Shown one piece after another: positions 8,831 through 17,045 of a DNA stretch of 27,638 bases. Origin of the DNA: a bacterium (GTDB lineage Bacteria > Hydrothermota > Tepidihabitantia > Tepidihabitantales > Tepidihabitantaceae); assembly GCA_046485285.1 (NCBI GenBank), contig JAWOHE010000013.1, forward strand, positions 1 to 27,638. The letters run 5' to 3'. The translations under genes were made by a program, and so were the position numbers. Under the pieces are notes generated by a model. It ran no database searches and had not been told where the DNA came from. It saw only the letters and a list, made by a program, of their open reading frames with translations. The first letter of the stretch is position 1. Each line of letters begins with the position of its first letter.

Positions 8831-8858
8831 ATTATAGACCCGCTCCCGAGAGTGTCAA
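8831..8858 (-). promoter_or_regulatory. Consensus sigma70 promoter of the rpmA operon
   Basis: TTGACA-16-TATAAT. Confidence 0.85.
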
Positions 8859-8880
8859 CCGGTCGCGGTCCGGGACGCAC

Positions 8881-8904
8881 CGGGGCGGGCTCGCGCCCGC
8901 CCCG
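8881..8904 (-). terminator. Hairpin downstream of the Omp28-like gene
   Basis: 10-bp perfect stem CGGGGCGGGC/GCCCGCCCCG with GCGA tetraloop on the minus strand. No U-tract. Confidence 0.5.
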
Positions 8905-8928
8905 AATGTCCTGCCCGGCCGGCTGCGG

Positions 8929-9975
8929 TCAGTCGGCCAGCACGAACTTGCCCTGCGCGGTCCCGTCCGACGCGGTCAGCCGCCAGGCGTAGATCCCGGC
9001 CGCCAGCCGGCGACCGGCGGCATCGCGGGGCTCCCAGCGCACGGTCTCGGGACCCCGGGCCGTGCCGGACTCCTCCGCCACCAGCCGCCCGGCGCTCGAA
9101 TACACTGCGAGCTGCCAACGCGAGCCGGGGGCGGCAGTGAACCTGACCTCAGCCCGGTCGCGGACCGGGTTCGGACCGCCGGTCGCGCTGAGCCGGGGCG
9201 CCGGCGTCCGCCGCCCTTCCGCGACGCCGGTGAGTTCGAGCAGCTTGACGATTCCGCCCTGATAGACCGGCCGCGAGGAATCGGACTGCTGGGTGGGATT
9301 CTGGAGGAACACGACGAGGTTGCAGTTGGCCTCGACCCAGTCGCTCTCGATCGTGAACGGCTGATACGCGGTGTCCGCGCCCATCGCCGGGACGGTGACA
9401 CTCGTGCCGGCGATGCCGGTGACGTAGTCGCGGCAGACGTGGTTGTGCCACTGGTCGCCGTTCGGCGCCGGGGAATTGATGCTGTCCTCGGTGATGACGA
9501 CGTACAGATTGGCGTCAATCGGCGCTGAAGTCTCGTTCACCATCTCGATTGCCAACTCGCCCGCACCGGCCCCGGGCAGGTAACTGCCGGTCAGGTTAAT
9601 GCCGACCTCGGCCGGCTCGCCGAGCTTCTGCTGGACCCAGTAGTCCCACGACGAATACTGGTAGCCGCGGTTCTTGCCGTCGATCCAGGCCCACGGCGTC
9701 GCGTAGTACCAGTTGCCGCCCGAGTAGTAGGGCGGCGGGTAGCTGAACCAGCGCTGCCGCGCCTCGGCGCAGTAGAGCGGATAGCCGGAGTTGACGTGCC
9801 ACTCGATGGCCGCGATCTGGCCCGGGTAGTTCGCCTTGATCTGGTCCACCGCCACACTGGCGGCGTTGCAGCTGCCTCAGCCTTCGGAGTAGGCCTCTTC
9901 GATGACCACGACCCGGTCAAAGCCGAAGCCGACAACGACACAGGCAAGCAGGGCAGCGACAATCAGCTTCTGCAC
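8929..9975 (-). CDS. Omp28-related thioredoxin-fold selenoprotein (UGSC) with C-terminal T9SS/FlgD-like domain, 348 aa
   Basis: AGGAGG SD and GTG 9975; signal peptide; RVVVIEEAYSEG-U(TGA 9877-9879)-GSC in frame with the 8929..9855 ORF; IEWH, TPWAWIDG, LYVVITED, HNHVCRD, VVFLQN; C-terminal PNP...AGRLV...AGIY. Confidence 0.88.
9847..9865 (-). promoter_or_regulatory. Putative bacterial SECIS hairpin
   Basis: CGCCGCCA-GUG-UGGCGGUG. The loop follows 19 nt after UGA and begins with G. Confidence 0.7.
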
Positions 9976-10009
9976 GGTTCCTCCTGTTCGGTCGGGATTG
10001 CGCACAATC

Positions 10010-10039
10010 AATATACCGCAGCCGGCACGCGCCTGTCAA
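10010..10039 (-). promoter_or_regulatory. sigma70 promoter of the Omp28-like selenoprotein gene
   Basis: TTGACA-18-TATATT. Confidence 0.65.
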
Positions 10040-10045
10040 GCCCGG

Positions 10046-11443
10046 TCAGCGGCGTGGCCGGGCGCGGAAGGCGTGGAGAAAGACTTCCTTGTTGTAGTTG
10101 AGCCGGTTGAGCGCGAAAGTCCCGAGCACCTGCACCGTCCGGACCACCGTCCGACTGCGCCGCTCCTGGATCCGGGCCAGCAGCGGCAGGCAGGCGAAGC
10201 GGGCGAGCCCGCTGACCAAGAACAGGAGGTGGTAGTTGACGAAGGTCCGGCCGAAGAGCTCGAGCCGGAACCCGGCGAGAGCCTGGGCGATCGCCCCGCC
10301 CGCCAGCGACGCGGCGAAGGTCGCCAGCCCGACGACGACCCCGTAGATCGCGAAGTAGCTCTCCTTGCGCACCGGGTTGTCGCCGAGCGCGAACAGCAGG
10401 TTGACCAGCCCGAGGTTGGCCCCGGTCCAGAACAGGCCGTTGAGCACGCCGTCAATCCAGATCGGCAGCCGGAACGTCGGCGTCGCGATCACCCAGAGCA
10501 GCGGCATCACGCCGACGAACGCAAAGCTGATGACCGCGGCCGGCTTCGGGCCGAAGCGGTCGATGTGCCAGCCCCAGAAGAGCTGGAACAGGATACCGGT
10601 CGTCCCGCCGAGGATGGCGTAGACGCCGACCGAGCTGAATGAGAACTGGAGGTTGGTCAGGAGGTGCGCCATGTAGAACGGCGAGGCGAGCGTGCAGGTC
10701 AGGAACCAGACCCCGAGAAAGACAATCAGCCGGCGGAACTGGCGCTCCTCGACGAGCGGCCCGAGCAGCCGCTCGCGCAGCGGCACGTGCGGCCGCGGCA
10801 CCAGCGGCGGCTCGGGCTGGCGCGCGAGCAGCAGCGCCGACGCGACCCCGAACGCGACCGCGAGCAGGTAGGCGAGCCCGAAGCCGAGGTCCGGGTCGTG
10901 GGTCTTGACCCAGTCCATCGCCCGGCCGGCCAGGACGGTCAGCACCATCCCGATGCCGCCGAGGATGGCGTTGCGCCGGCCGAAGAACCGGCCCCGGCCA
11001 TCCTCGGGCACGAGGTCGCTCATCCACGAATTCCAGGTCGTCCCCGCGAACGCGAGCAGGACGTTATAAGCGAAGACGACGGTGAAGAACAGCCCAAGTC
11101 CCAGCTCGAGCTTCAGCAGTAGGTACGGCACCAGGACGATGAACGCCGCCCGGCCGACCCCGCTCGTCCAGACCGTCAGCCCGCGCCGGGACCCGGCGCG
11201 CCGGACGAGCGACCCGGCCGCGAGCGCGACGACCGAGACCAGCGCCGGTATCGCGGCGAGGAGCCCGATGTGGAACGGCCGGGCGCCGAGGTGGAGCGCC
11301 AGCCCGGTCAAGAACATCCCGCCCGCCAGCACGAGGTGGCTGTTGGCGAACGCGCCCTCGACGATCGAGATCCGAAGGCCGCGCCGAACTTCCGCCGGGC
11401 TCAGCCCGACGGCCCCGGCCGCCGGCCCGGGTTCGCCGCTCAC
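10046..11443 (-). CDS. MFS transporter
   Basis: About 12 hydrophobic segments, WMSDLVP..RGRFFG.RN, WGWHIDRFGPK. GTGA overlap with the lipA stop. Confidence 0.9.
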   Translation of the reverse strand: MSGEPGPAAGAVGLSPAEVRRGLRISIVEGAFANSHLVLAGGMFLTGLALHLGARPFHIGLLAAIPALVSVVALAAGSLVRRAGSRRGLTVWTSGVGRAAFIVLVPYLLLKLELGLGLFFTVVFAYNVLLAFAGTTWNSWMSDLVPEDGRGRFFGRRNAILGGIGMVLTVLAGRAMDWVKTHDPDLGFGLAYLLAVAFGVASALLLARQPEPPLVPRPHVPLRERLLGPLVEERQFRRLIVFLGVWFLTCTLASPFYMAHLLTNLQFSFSSVGVYAILGGTTGILFQLFWGWHIDRFGPKPAAVISFAFVGVMPLLWVIATPTFRLPIWIDGVLNGLFWTGANLGLVNLLFALGDNPVRKESYFAIYGVVVGLATFAASLAGGAIAQALAGFRLELFGRTFVNYHLLFLVSGLARFACLPLLARIQERRSRTVVRTVQVLGTFALNRLNYNKEVFLHAFRARPRR

Positions 11444-12375
11444 CGGCCCGCTCTCCTGCCGCCGGGCGCCAGCAGCGTGTCGGCGAGATAGGAACTCCGG
11501 ACCAGCGGCCCGCAGAACGCCGCCCGGAAGCCGAGCGCCCGCGCCTCATCCTCCCACTCCGCGAACCGCTCCGGCGCGACGTGACGCGCCACCGGCCGGC
11601 AGTGCCGCGCCGGCCGCAGGTACTGGCCGATGGTGACGATGTCACAGCCGGCAGTTCTCAGGTCGCGAAGCGCGTGGGAAACCTCTTCGTCGGTCTCGCC
11701 CAGCCCGGCCATCAACCCGCTCTTCGTCGGGATGCCGGGCGCCAGCCGCTTCGCGGTCGCGAGCACCTCGAGCGAGCGGCGATAGCCCGCCCGCCGGTCG
11801 CGCACCTCCGGGCTCAGCCGCTCGACCGTCTCGAGGTTGTGGCCGAACACCGCCGGTCCGGCCGCGAGCACCTGCCCGATGAGCTCCGCCCGGCCGCAGA
11901 AGTCGGGCGTCAGCACCTCAACCCGGACGCCACCCGTTCCTGTCCCCGCATCCTCGCCGCCGGCTTCCGGGTTCCGCGCCCTGACCTCGGACACGGTCCG
12001 GGCGAACTGCCCGGCACCGAGGTCGTCAAGGTCGTCCCGGTCCACCGAGGTCAGCACGACGTAGCGCAGGTCCAGCTCGGCCACCGCCGCCGCCACCCGG
12101 CCCGGCTCGCTCTCATCGACCGCGCCGCCCGGGTTGACGGTCGCGACCGAGCAGAACCGGCAGTTCCGCGTGCAGACCGCGCCAAGAATCATGAAAGTCG
12201 CGGTCCCCCGGTTCCAGCACTCGGCGAGATTCGGGCACCGGGCCGCACTGCAGACCGTCACGAGCCCGTGGGCCCGGAGCCGGGCGTTGACCCGCTCGAA
12301 CTCCTCGCCCTGCGGCAGGCGGGCGCGCAGCCAACGTGGCTTGCCCGCGCGGTCCGGTTCCGGGGCAGGGTTCAT
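11440..12375 (-). CDS. lipA: Lipoyl synthase
   Basis: KPRWLR, CX4CX5C (CSAARCPNLAEC), CX3CX2C (CTRNCRFC), TSVDRDDL, HNLETV, IGQYLRP, RSSY. Confidence 0.96.
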   Translation of the reverse strand: MNPAPEPDRAGKPRWLRARLPQGEEFERVNARLRAHGLVTVCSAARCPNLAECWNRGTATFMILGAVCTRNCRFCSVATVNPGGAVDESEPGRVAAAVAELDLRYVVLTSVDRDDLDDLGAGQFARTVSEVRARNPEAGGEDAGTGTGGVRVEVLTPDFCGRAELIGQVLAAGPAVFGHNLETVERLSPEVRDRRAGYRRSLEVLATAKRLAPGIPTKSGLMAGLGETDEEVSHALRDLRTAGCDIVTIGQYLRPARHCRPVARHVAPERFAEWEDEARALGFRAAFCGPLVRSSYLADTLLAPGGRRAGR

Positions 12376-12397
12376 CGGCGTGACGGGTTAGGGGCGA

Positions 12398-14005
12398 CTA
12401 GGCGCGAATTCTCAGCCCGGACGGCTTGCAGTTCCAGACGCACTCGAAGCAGCGGATGCACTCTGCCTGGTTCGGGTCCTGGTAGGCCGAGATGTTCATC
12501 GGGCAGACCCGCTGGCAGAGCGTGCAGGAAGTGCACCGGTCGCTCACGACCTCCATCCGCAGCAGGCTCACCTTGTTGAACAGCGCATAGACCGCGCCGA
12601 TCGGGCAGACCAGCCGGCAGAACGGCCGCTTGATGCCGATTGCCGCGACGACCACCAGCAACAGGAATCCGACCTTCACCCAGTACAGCCAGCCGACCAG
12701 CCCGCGCAGGGCATTGACCGGGTCCCAGAGCACGAGCGGAATACCGGCGCCGAGCGTCCCCTGAGGGCAGAGCTTGCAGAACCACGGCTCGATGGTCAGG
12801 TAGGAGGCAAGGCCGGCGACGAGCAGCAGCACGGCGTACTTGGCCGTCGTCGAGGGCAAGCTCACCTTCGCCAGCCGGTCCAGCAGCAGGATGACGAGCC
12901 CGGCCGCGGCCGCCAGCGCGATGCCGAGCCCGAACCCGGACAGCGGTCCGATGGCGAACTCCGCCGGCCCGAGCCAGCCGAGCAGGAACGCGGCCGGCAC
13001 GGCAATCGCGGCCGCGACCCAACCGCCGGAAAGCCCGAGGACGAGAATTCCCGCGAACCCGGCGACGACCCCGAAGCCGGCGCCGAACCTCAGCCACGTC
13101 AGTGCGCCGATGCCGACCGCAACGAGGAAACTGCCCACCCAGAGCCGCCTCGGGACGTCGAACTTGCCTGTCAGCGCAACTGCCAGCAGTGCGCCGGCGA
13201 ACGGCAGCCAGCCGAACAGCAACACCTGCCACCACGCCAGCTTGAGCAGCGCGACGAGCAGGAACCCGGCGACCGCCGCGACGCCGGCGATGACGCCGAA
13301 CGACAGCCACTTCTTCGCCTTTGCCCGGCGCCCGACCGGGACCTTCTGGAGCAGGTCCTGCCACAGCCCGAACGGGCATATCCACGCGCAGGCCGCCCGG
13401 CCGACCAGCGCGCCGACGACGATGAACGCGCCCAGCGCCAGCCACGGGATGGTCCTCATCCCGATCATCTGCTGGGTCGAGCCGATCGGGCAGGCGAACA
13501 CCGCCAGCGGCCCGCCATAGCAGTTGAGTATCGGCTGAGGGATGTGCTTGAAGAAGCCCTGGTAGAGAATCTTGTCCTGCAGGTAGGCAAGGATGTAGGC
13601 GTTGAGAACCACCGCCGAGATGACCTGCACGACCCGGAACGGCGCGACCCGCCGCCTGACGAACAGCGTCACGACCAGCATCAGCGCGATGAACGGCAGG
13701 GTCGCGAAGAGCAGCACCCGGGCCGGCGCGATGCCCTCGAAGAAAGCCAGCCAGGCTGAGACCAGCAGCCCGGCCGCGACAATCGCTCCGAACGCGGGCC
13801 AGCGCCGGCGGTCCTCCGGCCGGCCGGCGTAGAGTGCCGCGAAGAGCTCGACCAGCACCAGCGGCAGCCAGCCGAACGCGAGCACCCGCCACCAGTTGAA
13901 GCCGGCGAACGCTACCAGCGCCGCAATCACCAGCGTCGAAAGCCCGGCGATGACGAAGAACCAGGTCCAGCGGACCCTGCCGCCGGACCGCCGGGCGTCA
14001 GTCAA
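12398..14005 (-). CDS. Polytopic membrane 4Fe-4S binding protein (NapH/MauN/RdxA-like)
   Basis: NCYGGP...CPIG, GRAACAWICPFG, FCKLCPQG, RPFCRLVCPIG, CTSCTLCQRVCP, CIRCFECVWNC; many TM helices; TTG start with GGGAG SD. Confidence 0.9.
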   Translation of the reverse strand: MTDARRSGGRVRWTWFFVIAGLSTLVIAALVAFAGFNWWRVLAFGWLPLVLVELFAALYAGRPEDRRRWPAFGAIVAAGLLVSAWLAFFEGIAPARVLLFATLPFIALMLVVTLFVRRRVAPFRVVQVISAVVLNAYILAYLQDKILYQGFFKHIPQPILNCYGGPLAVFACPIGSTQQMIGMRTIPWLALGAFIVVGALVGRAACAWICPFGLWQDLLQKVPVGRRAKAKKWLSFGVIAGVAAVAGFLLVALLKLAWWQVLLFGWLPFAGALLAVALTGKFDVPRRLWVGSFLVAVGIGALTWLRFGAGFGVVAGFAGILVLGLSGGWVAAAIAVPAAFLLGWLGPAEFAIGPLSGFGLGIALAAAAGLVILLLDRLAKVSLPSTTAKYAVLLLVAGLASYLTIEPWFCKLCPQGTLGAGIPLVLWDPVNALRGLVGWLYWVKVGFLLLVVVAAIGIKRPFCRLVCPIGAVYALFNKVSLLRMEVVSDRCTSCTLCQRVCPMNISAYQDPNQAECIRCFECVWNCKPSGLRIRA

Positions 14006-14020
14006 TCGGTTCGCTCCCAG

Positions 14021-14048
14021 GTGCCGGGGCTACACGAGCCCCATGCAC
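14021..14048 (-). promoter_or_regulatory. Putative bacterial SECIS hairpin spanning the stop codon
   Basis: GUGC-AU-GGGGCU-CGUGU-AGCCCC-G-GCAC. The loop follows 17 nt after UGA. Confidence 0.7.
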
Positions 14049-14167
14049 GACAGTCATATCTGGGCCGCGAAGCGGTGAATCGTCTCCGGGTCGCCCTTGA
14101 CTATTCCGATCACGACCGCGGCGACGCCCGCCAGCGCGACCACCGCGAACAGGACGCGGCGCCTCAC
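14030..14167 (-). CDS. 45-aa single-TM selenoprotein (ULSC), CD1871A-like CxxC-motif family
   Basis: GGGAGGG SD and GTG 14167; MRRRVLFAVVALAGVAAVVIGIVKGDPETIHRFAAQI-U(TGA 14054-14056)-LSCMGLV-TAG. Matches the 'ICLxCIG' terminus of small peptides encoded upstream of such 4Fe-4S proteins. Confidence 0.82.
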
Positions 14168-14214
14168 CTGCGTCCCTCCCCGGCCGTCCGCGTCCACCTG
14201 TGCTTCGTTCATTC

Positions 14215-15690
14215 TCAGAACCTCGAGATGAGCTGGGCCTTCACGCCCCGGAACGGCGCCTCGAACCGGCAGACCCCGCCCGAACAGGTGTAGCCGCCGC
14301 GCTCGGCCCCGACCCGGACCCGGAGCATGTTGCGCTGGGTTATCGACCAGACCGCCTCGAACACCGGCCAGCCCTGCTCGCCGTTGTAGCGCTTGTCGAG
14401 CTTCTCGCTGACGTGCTGGTAGCCGACCGTGAACAGGAGCGCCTCGTCGATGCCGTAGGAGAACGCCGCCGCCAGCTCGCGGTACTTCCAGGTCTCGCCC
14501 TCGGTCGAGCGCTCGTCGACGAACGCTAGCTCACCCTCGAGCGCGAAGCTGTGCCGGCCGACGGCGTGGTTCAGGTGGACCACCGGCTTGTCGGTCGCCC
14601 GGTGGGCGGTGCCGAGCTCGACGTTCTGCTGGACCATGTGGTTGAACGCCAGCTCGAACGTCCAGTCGCTGGTCGGATAGCGCGCCTTGCCCTCCCACTC
14701 GACCACGCCCGCGCTGGTGTTGTCGTGGGTGAACAGCCGGCCGTAGTCGGCCTCGAGGTAGAGCGTCGACCACGGCGTCGTGGTCGCGGTCACCCCGAAC
14801 CCGCGCTCGTCGACCCCGCGGTTCATCGCCACCCCGGACTTTGTCGGCGTCGGCGGGTCGTTCCAGTGGTAGAGCCCGGCCGGGAACCCGATGTTGTCGT
14901 AGTCCATCAACTGGCCGAGCACGCTGAACCCCGGGAACGTCACCGTCCCGCTCGCGTACCAGCCGAGCCCGCTCTCCCGCCCGCCCAGCCCGGCCGCGGT
15001 CCCCAGCCGGCGGCAGACCTCGCCGTACACCTCGACCGGCCCGACCGCCGAGGTCAGGTTGCCGCCGAAGAGCTCGGTGAACGCCCGCGCCTGCGGGTCG
15101 CTCTCGCGGTTGACGCGGACGTAGCGCCCGCCGAACCCACCCCACCGGGCCGGCCGCGACTCGAAATTCGCGCCCAGCACCTGGTCGGAGGTGTCCGCGG
15201 CGTTCACCAACCGGTAGGTGTTCTCCTGGAAGAATATGTCGCGCAGCCGCGCGCCGAGCAGGACCAGCTCGGACCGGAACGGCAGCCGCGCGGTCCCGCG
15301 CAGGCCGTGCAGGCTCTTGTAGTGCCGGAACTCGTCGTCCTTGTAGGCCCGGAGCGCCAAACCCTTGCCGAAATCCTGGTAGAACCGGCCGTAAAGCACC
15401 TCGAGCTGCTTCGGGCTGTAGGCGACGGTGTAGTCAAGCAGGCGGAGCGGCCGACGGGCGTCGCTCCACGGCTTCGACGGCTCGTAGGCGAACAGCCCGA
15501 GGTTGCCGCGTAGGTCGCCGTAGCGCAGGTTCATATCGAGCAGCTCCTCGAGCTGGGTCGAGAACGTCGAGTCGAAAAAAGACCAGAACTCGGCCCGGTT
15601 CACGCCGCTGACCGACAGCTCGGCCGCCCGGGCCGGGCCCAGGACGGCGAGACACGCAACCGCGAACAGGCTGACCCTGACTGCCTTCAT
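14215..15690 (-). CDS. DUF6029-like outer-membrane beta-barrel protein
   Basis: Signal peptide, GRFYQDFGKGLALR, amphipathic strands, C-terminal RGGYTCSGGVCRFEAPFRG...SRF ending in Phe. Confidence 0.82.
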   Translation of the reverse strand: MKAVRVSLFAVACLAVLGPARAAELSVSGVNRAEFWSFFDSTFSTQLEELLDMNLRYGDLRGNLGLFAYEPSKPWSDARRPLRLLDYTVAYSPKQLEVLYGRFYQDFGKGLALRAYKDDEFRHYKSLHGLRGTARLPFRSELVLLGARLRDIFFQENTYRLVNAADTSDQVLGANFESRPARWGGFGGRYVRVNRESDPQARAFTELFGGNLTSAVGPVEVYGEVCRRLGTAAGLGGRESGLGWYASGTVTFPGFSVLGQLMDYDNIGFPAGLYHWNDPPTPTKSGVAMNRGVDERGFGVTATTTPWSTLYLEADYGRLFTHDNTSAGVVEWEGKARYPTSDWTFELAFNHMVQQNVELGTAHRATDKPVVHLNHAVGRHSFALEGELAFVDERSTEGETWKYRELAAAFSYGIDEALLFTVGYQHVSEKLDKRYNGEQGWPVFEAVWSITQRNMLRVRVGAERGGYTCSGGVCRFEAPFRGVKAQLISRF

Positions 15691-15717
15691 CTTCCTTGAG
15701 TCTTCGCGCCGGGGCCG

Positions 15718-16248
15718 CTACTCGCCCGCATCCTCGGGGCTGTCCAGCGGCTCCTCGGGCAGCCATTTCAGGAACTCGGCCCTGATCTTCGCCTCGTCAC
15801 CCTTCTTGTAGCCGATGTGGGTGTAGACGACCTCGCCCTTGGTGTTAATCAGGTACGAAGTCGGCTTGATGATGATGCCGTACGCGCTCTTGACCTCCTG
15901 CTGCGCGTCGAGCAGGCAGACGTACGGCCACCTCTTCGCCGCGACGAACGCCTTGACCTTGGCCCCGTCCGCCGGCTTGTCCACCGACAGCGCGATTATC
16001 TGCAGGCCGTAGGGCGCGAGCTCCTCGTAGATCGGCACCAGCGCGTCGAGCTCGGCGATGCAGTTCACGCACGGCAGGTCCCAGCACTCCATGTAGACCG
16101 GCCCGCGCTTGAGCATCTCGGACAGCGTGTGCTCCTCGCCGTTCACGTCCGTCAGCGTAAAGTCCTGCGCCTTCTCGTACTTCACCTCGGCGGCGAAAAC
16201 CGGCCCGGCCGCCAGCGCTACCACCACTGCCAGTCCCAACAGCTTCAT
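15718..16248 (-). CDS. TlpA/ResA-like periplasmic thiol-disulfide oxidoreductase
   Basis: Signal peptide, DFTLTD.NG, W..PCVNC..E, LSVD, cis-Pro motif KPTSYLIN; GGAGGTG SD. Confidence 0.92.
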   Translation of the reverse strand: MKLLGLAVVVALAAGPVFAAEVKYEKAQDFTLTDVNGEEHTLSEMLKRGPVYMECWDLPCVNCIAELDALVPIYEELAPYGLQIIALSVDKPADGAKVKAFVAAKRWPYVCLLDAQQEVKSAYGIIIKPTSYLINTKGEVVYTHIGYKKGDEAKIRAEFLKWLPEEPLDSPEDAGE

Positions 16249-16261
16249 CGCAACACCTCCG

Positions 16262-17038
16262 TCATTCCCGCGCCAGCTTGCGCGTCACCACTGTCTGCAT
16301 CACCGCCCGGGTCGCCGTGTCCTGGACGAACACCGCCACCCCGAGCCGGTCCTGGCGCCAGCCCCGGTAGGGCGTCGCCAGCACCGTGTCGAGCTCGGTC
16401 GCGTAACGGAGCCGGACCGGCACGCCCCACGGCCCGCCGATGATGTCCGCCGCGATCGGCACGTACGACGTGTCGGTGCTCCCGAACCGCACCCGCGTCA
16501 CACTGTCCTGGAACACCACCGCCACCAGCATCAGCCCGTCGATATCATCTACCAGCGTGTCGAGCGTGGTAATCCGCACGCCGACCCGCAGTTCGCTGCC
16601 GACGATACCGGTCGCCGCGGTGTCGAGCGCCATCTCGAGCATCGTCTTCCGCGACCGGGCGGCATCGACCCGCGACCGGAGCGCGTCGTAGAGCGTCTCC
16701 TGGAACGCGGCGTCGCCGCCGTCGAAATACGTCACCGGCTCGAAGCCCAGCCCGTAGCCGTACCACTGCGCCCGGCGCAGGGCCGTCACGGTCGCCAGCG
16801 TATCGAACAGCGTATCCGAATGATACGTGAAATAGGCCAGCGAATCGCCGAACTCGTACGACAGCCGTTCAAGAGACCGCTCCGCGGCCTCGCAGTAACT
16901 TCAGCCCGCGCTCGAGAACACCTCGCTCAGCACCACCCGGTTCGCGGCCATGGTGATGAGCGGGGCGATCGAACACTGGGCGGTCAGGCCGAAGACCGCG
17001 GCCGCCGCGGCGAGCGAAAACAATCTGCGTCTGGTCAT
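16262..17038 (-). CDS. Omp28-like thioredoxin-fold selenoprotein (USYC), possible lipoprotein, 258 aa
   Basis: The ORFs 16901..17083 and 16262..16789 share a frame and are joined through a single TGA (16901-16903): RVVLSEVFSSAG-U-SYCEAAE...FTYH...EPVTYFDG...VAVVFQD...VAVFVQD. Signal peptide with LTAQC. Confidence 0.85.
16873..16891 (-). promoter_or_regulatory. Putative bacterial SECIS hairpin
   Basis: GAGGCCGC-GGA-GCGGUCUC. The loop follows 17 nt after UGA and begins with G. Confidence 0.7.
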
Positions 17039-17045
17039 TACAGAT

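Noticed and set aside
12372-13892. 506-aa alternative-frame ORF overlapping the 4Fe-4S gene
   Set aside because: Arg/Gly/Ala-rich off-frame translation; the other frame carries all the Fe-S motifs
8929-17038. The three in-frame TGAs as nonsense mutations (pseudogenes)
   Set aside because: All three fall on the first position of a CxxC motif, are followed by similarly placed hairpins, and the genes show no other lesions
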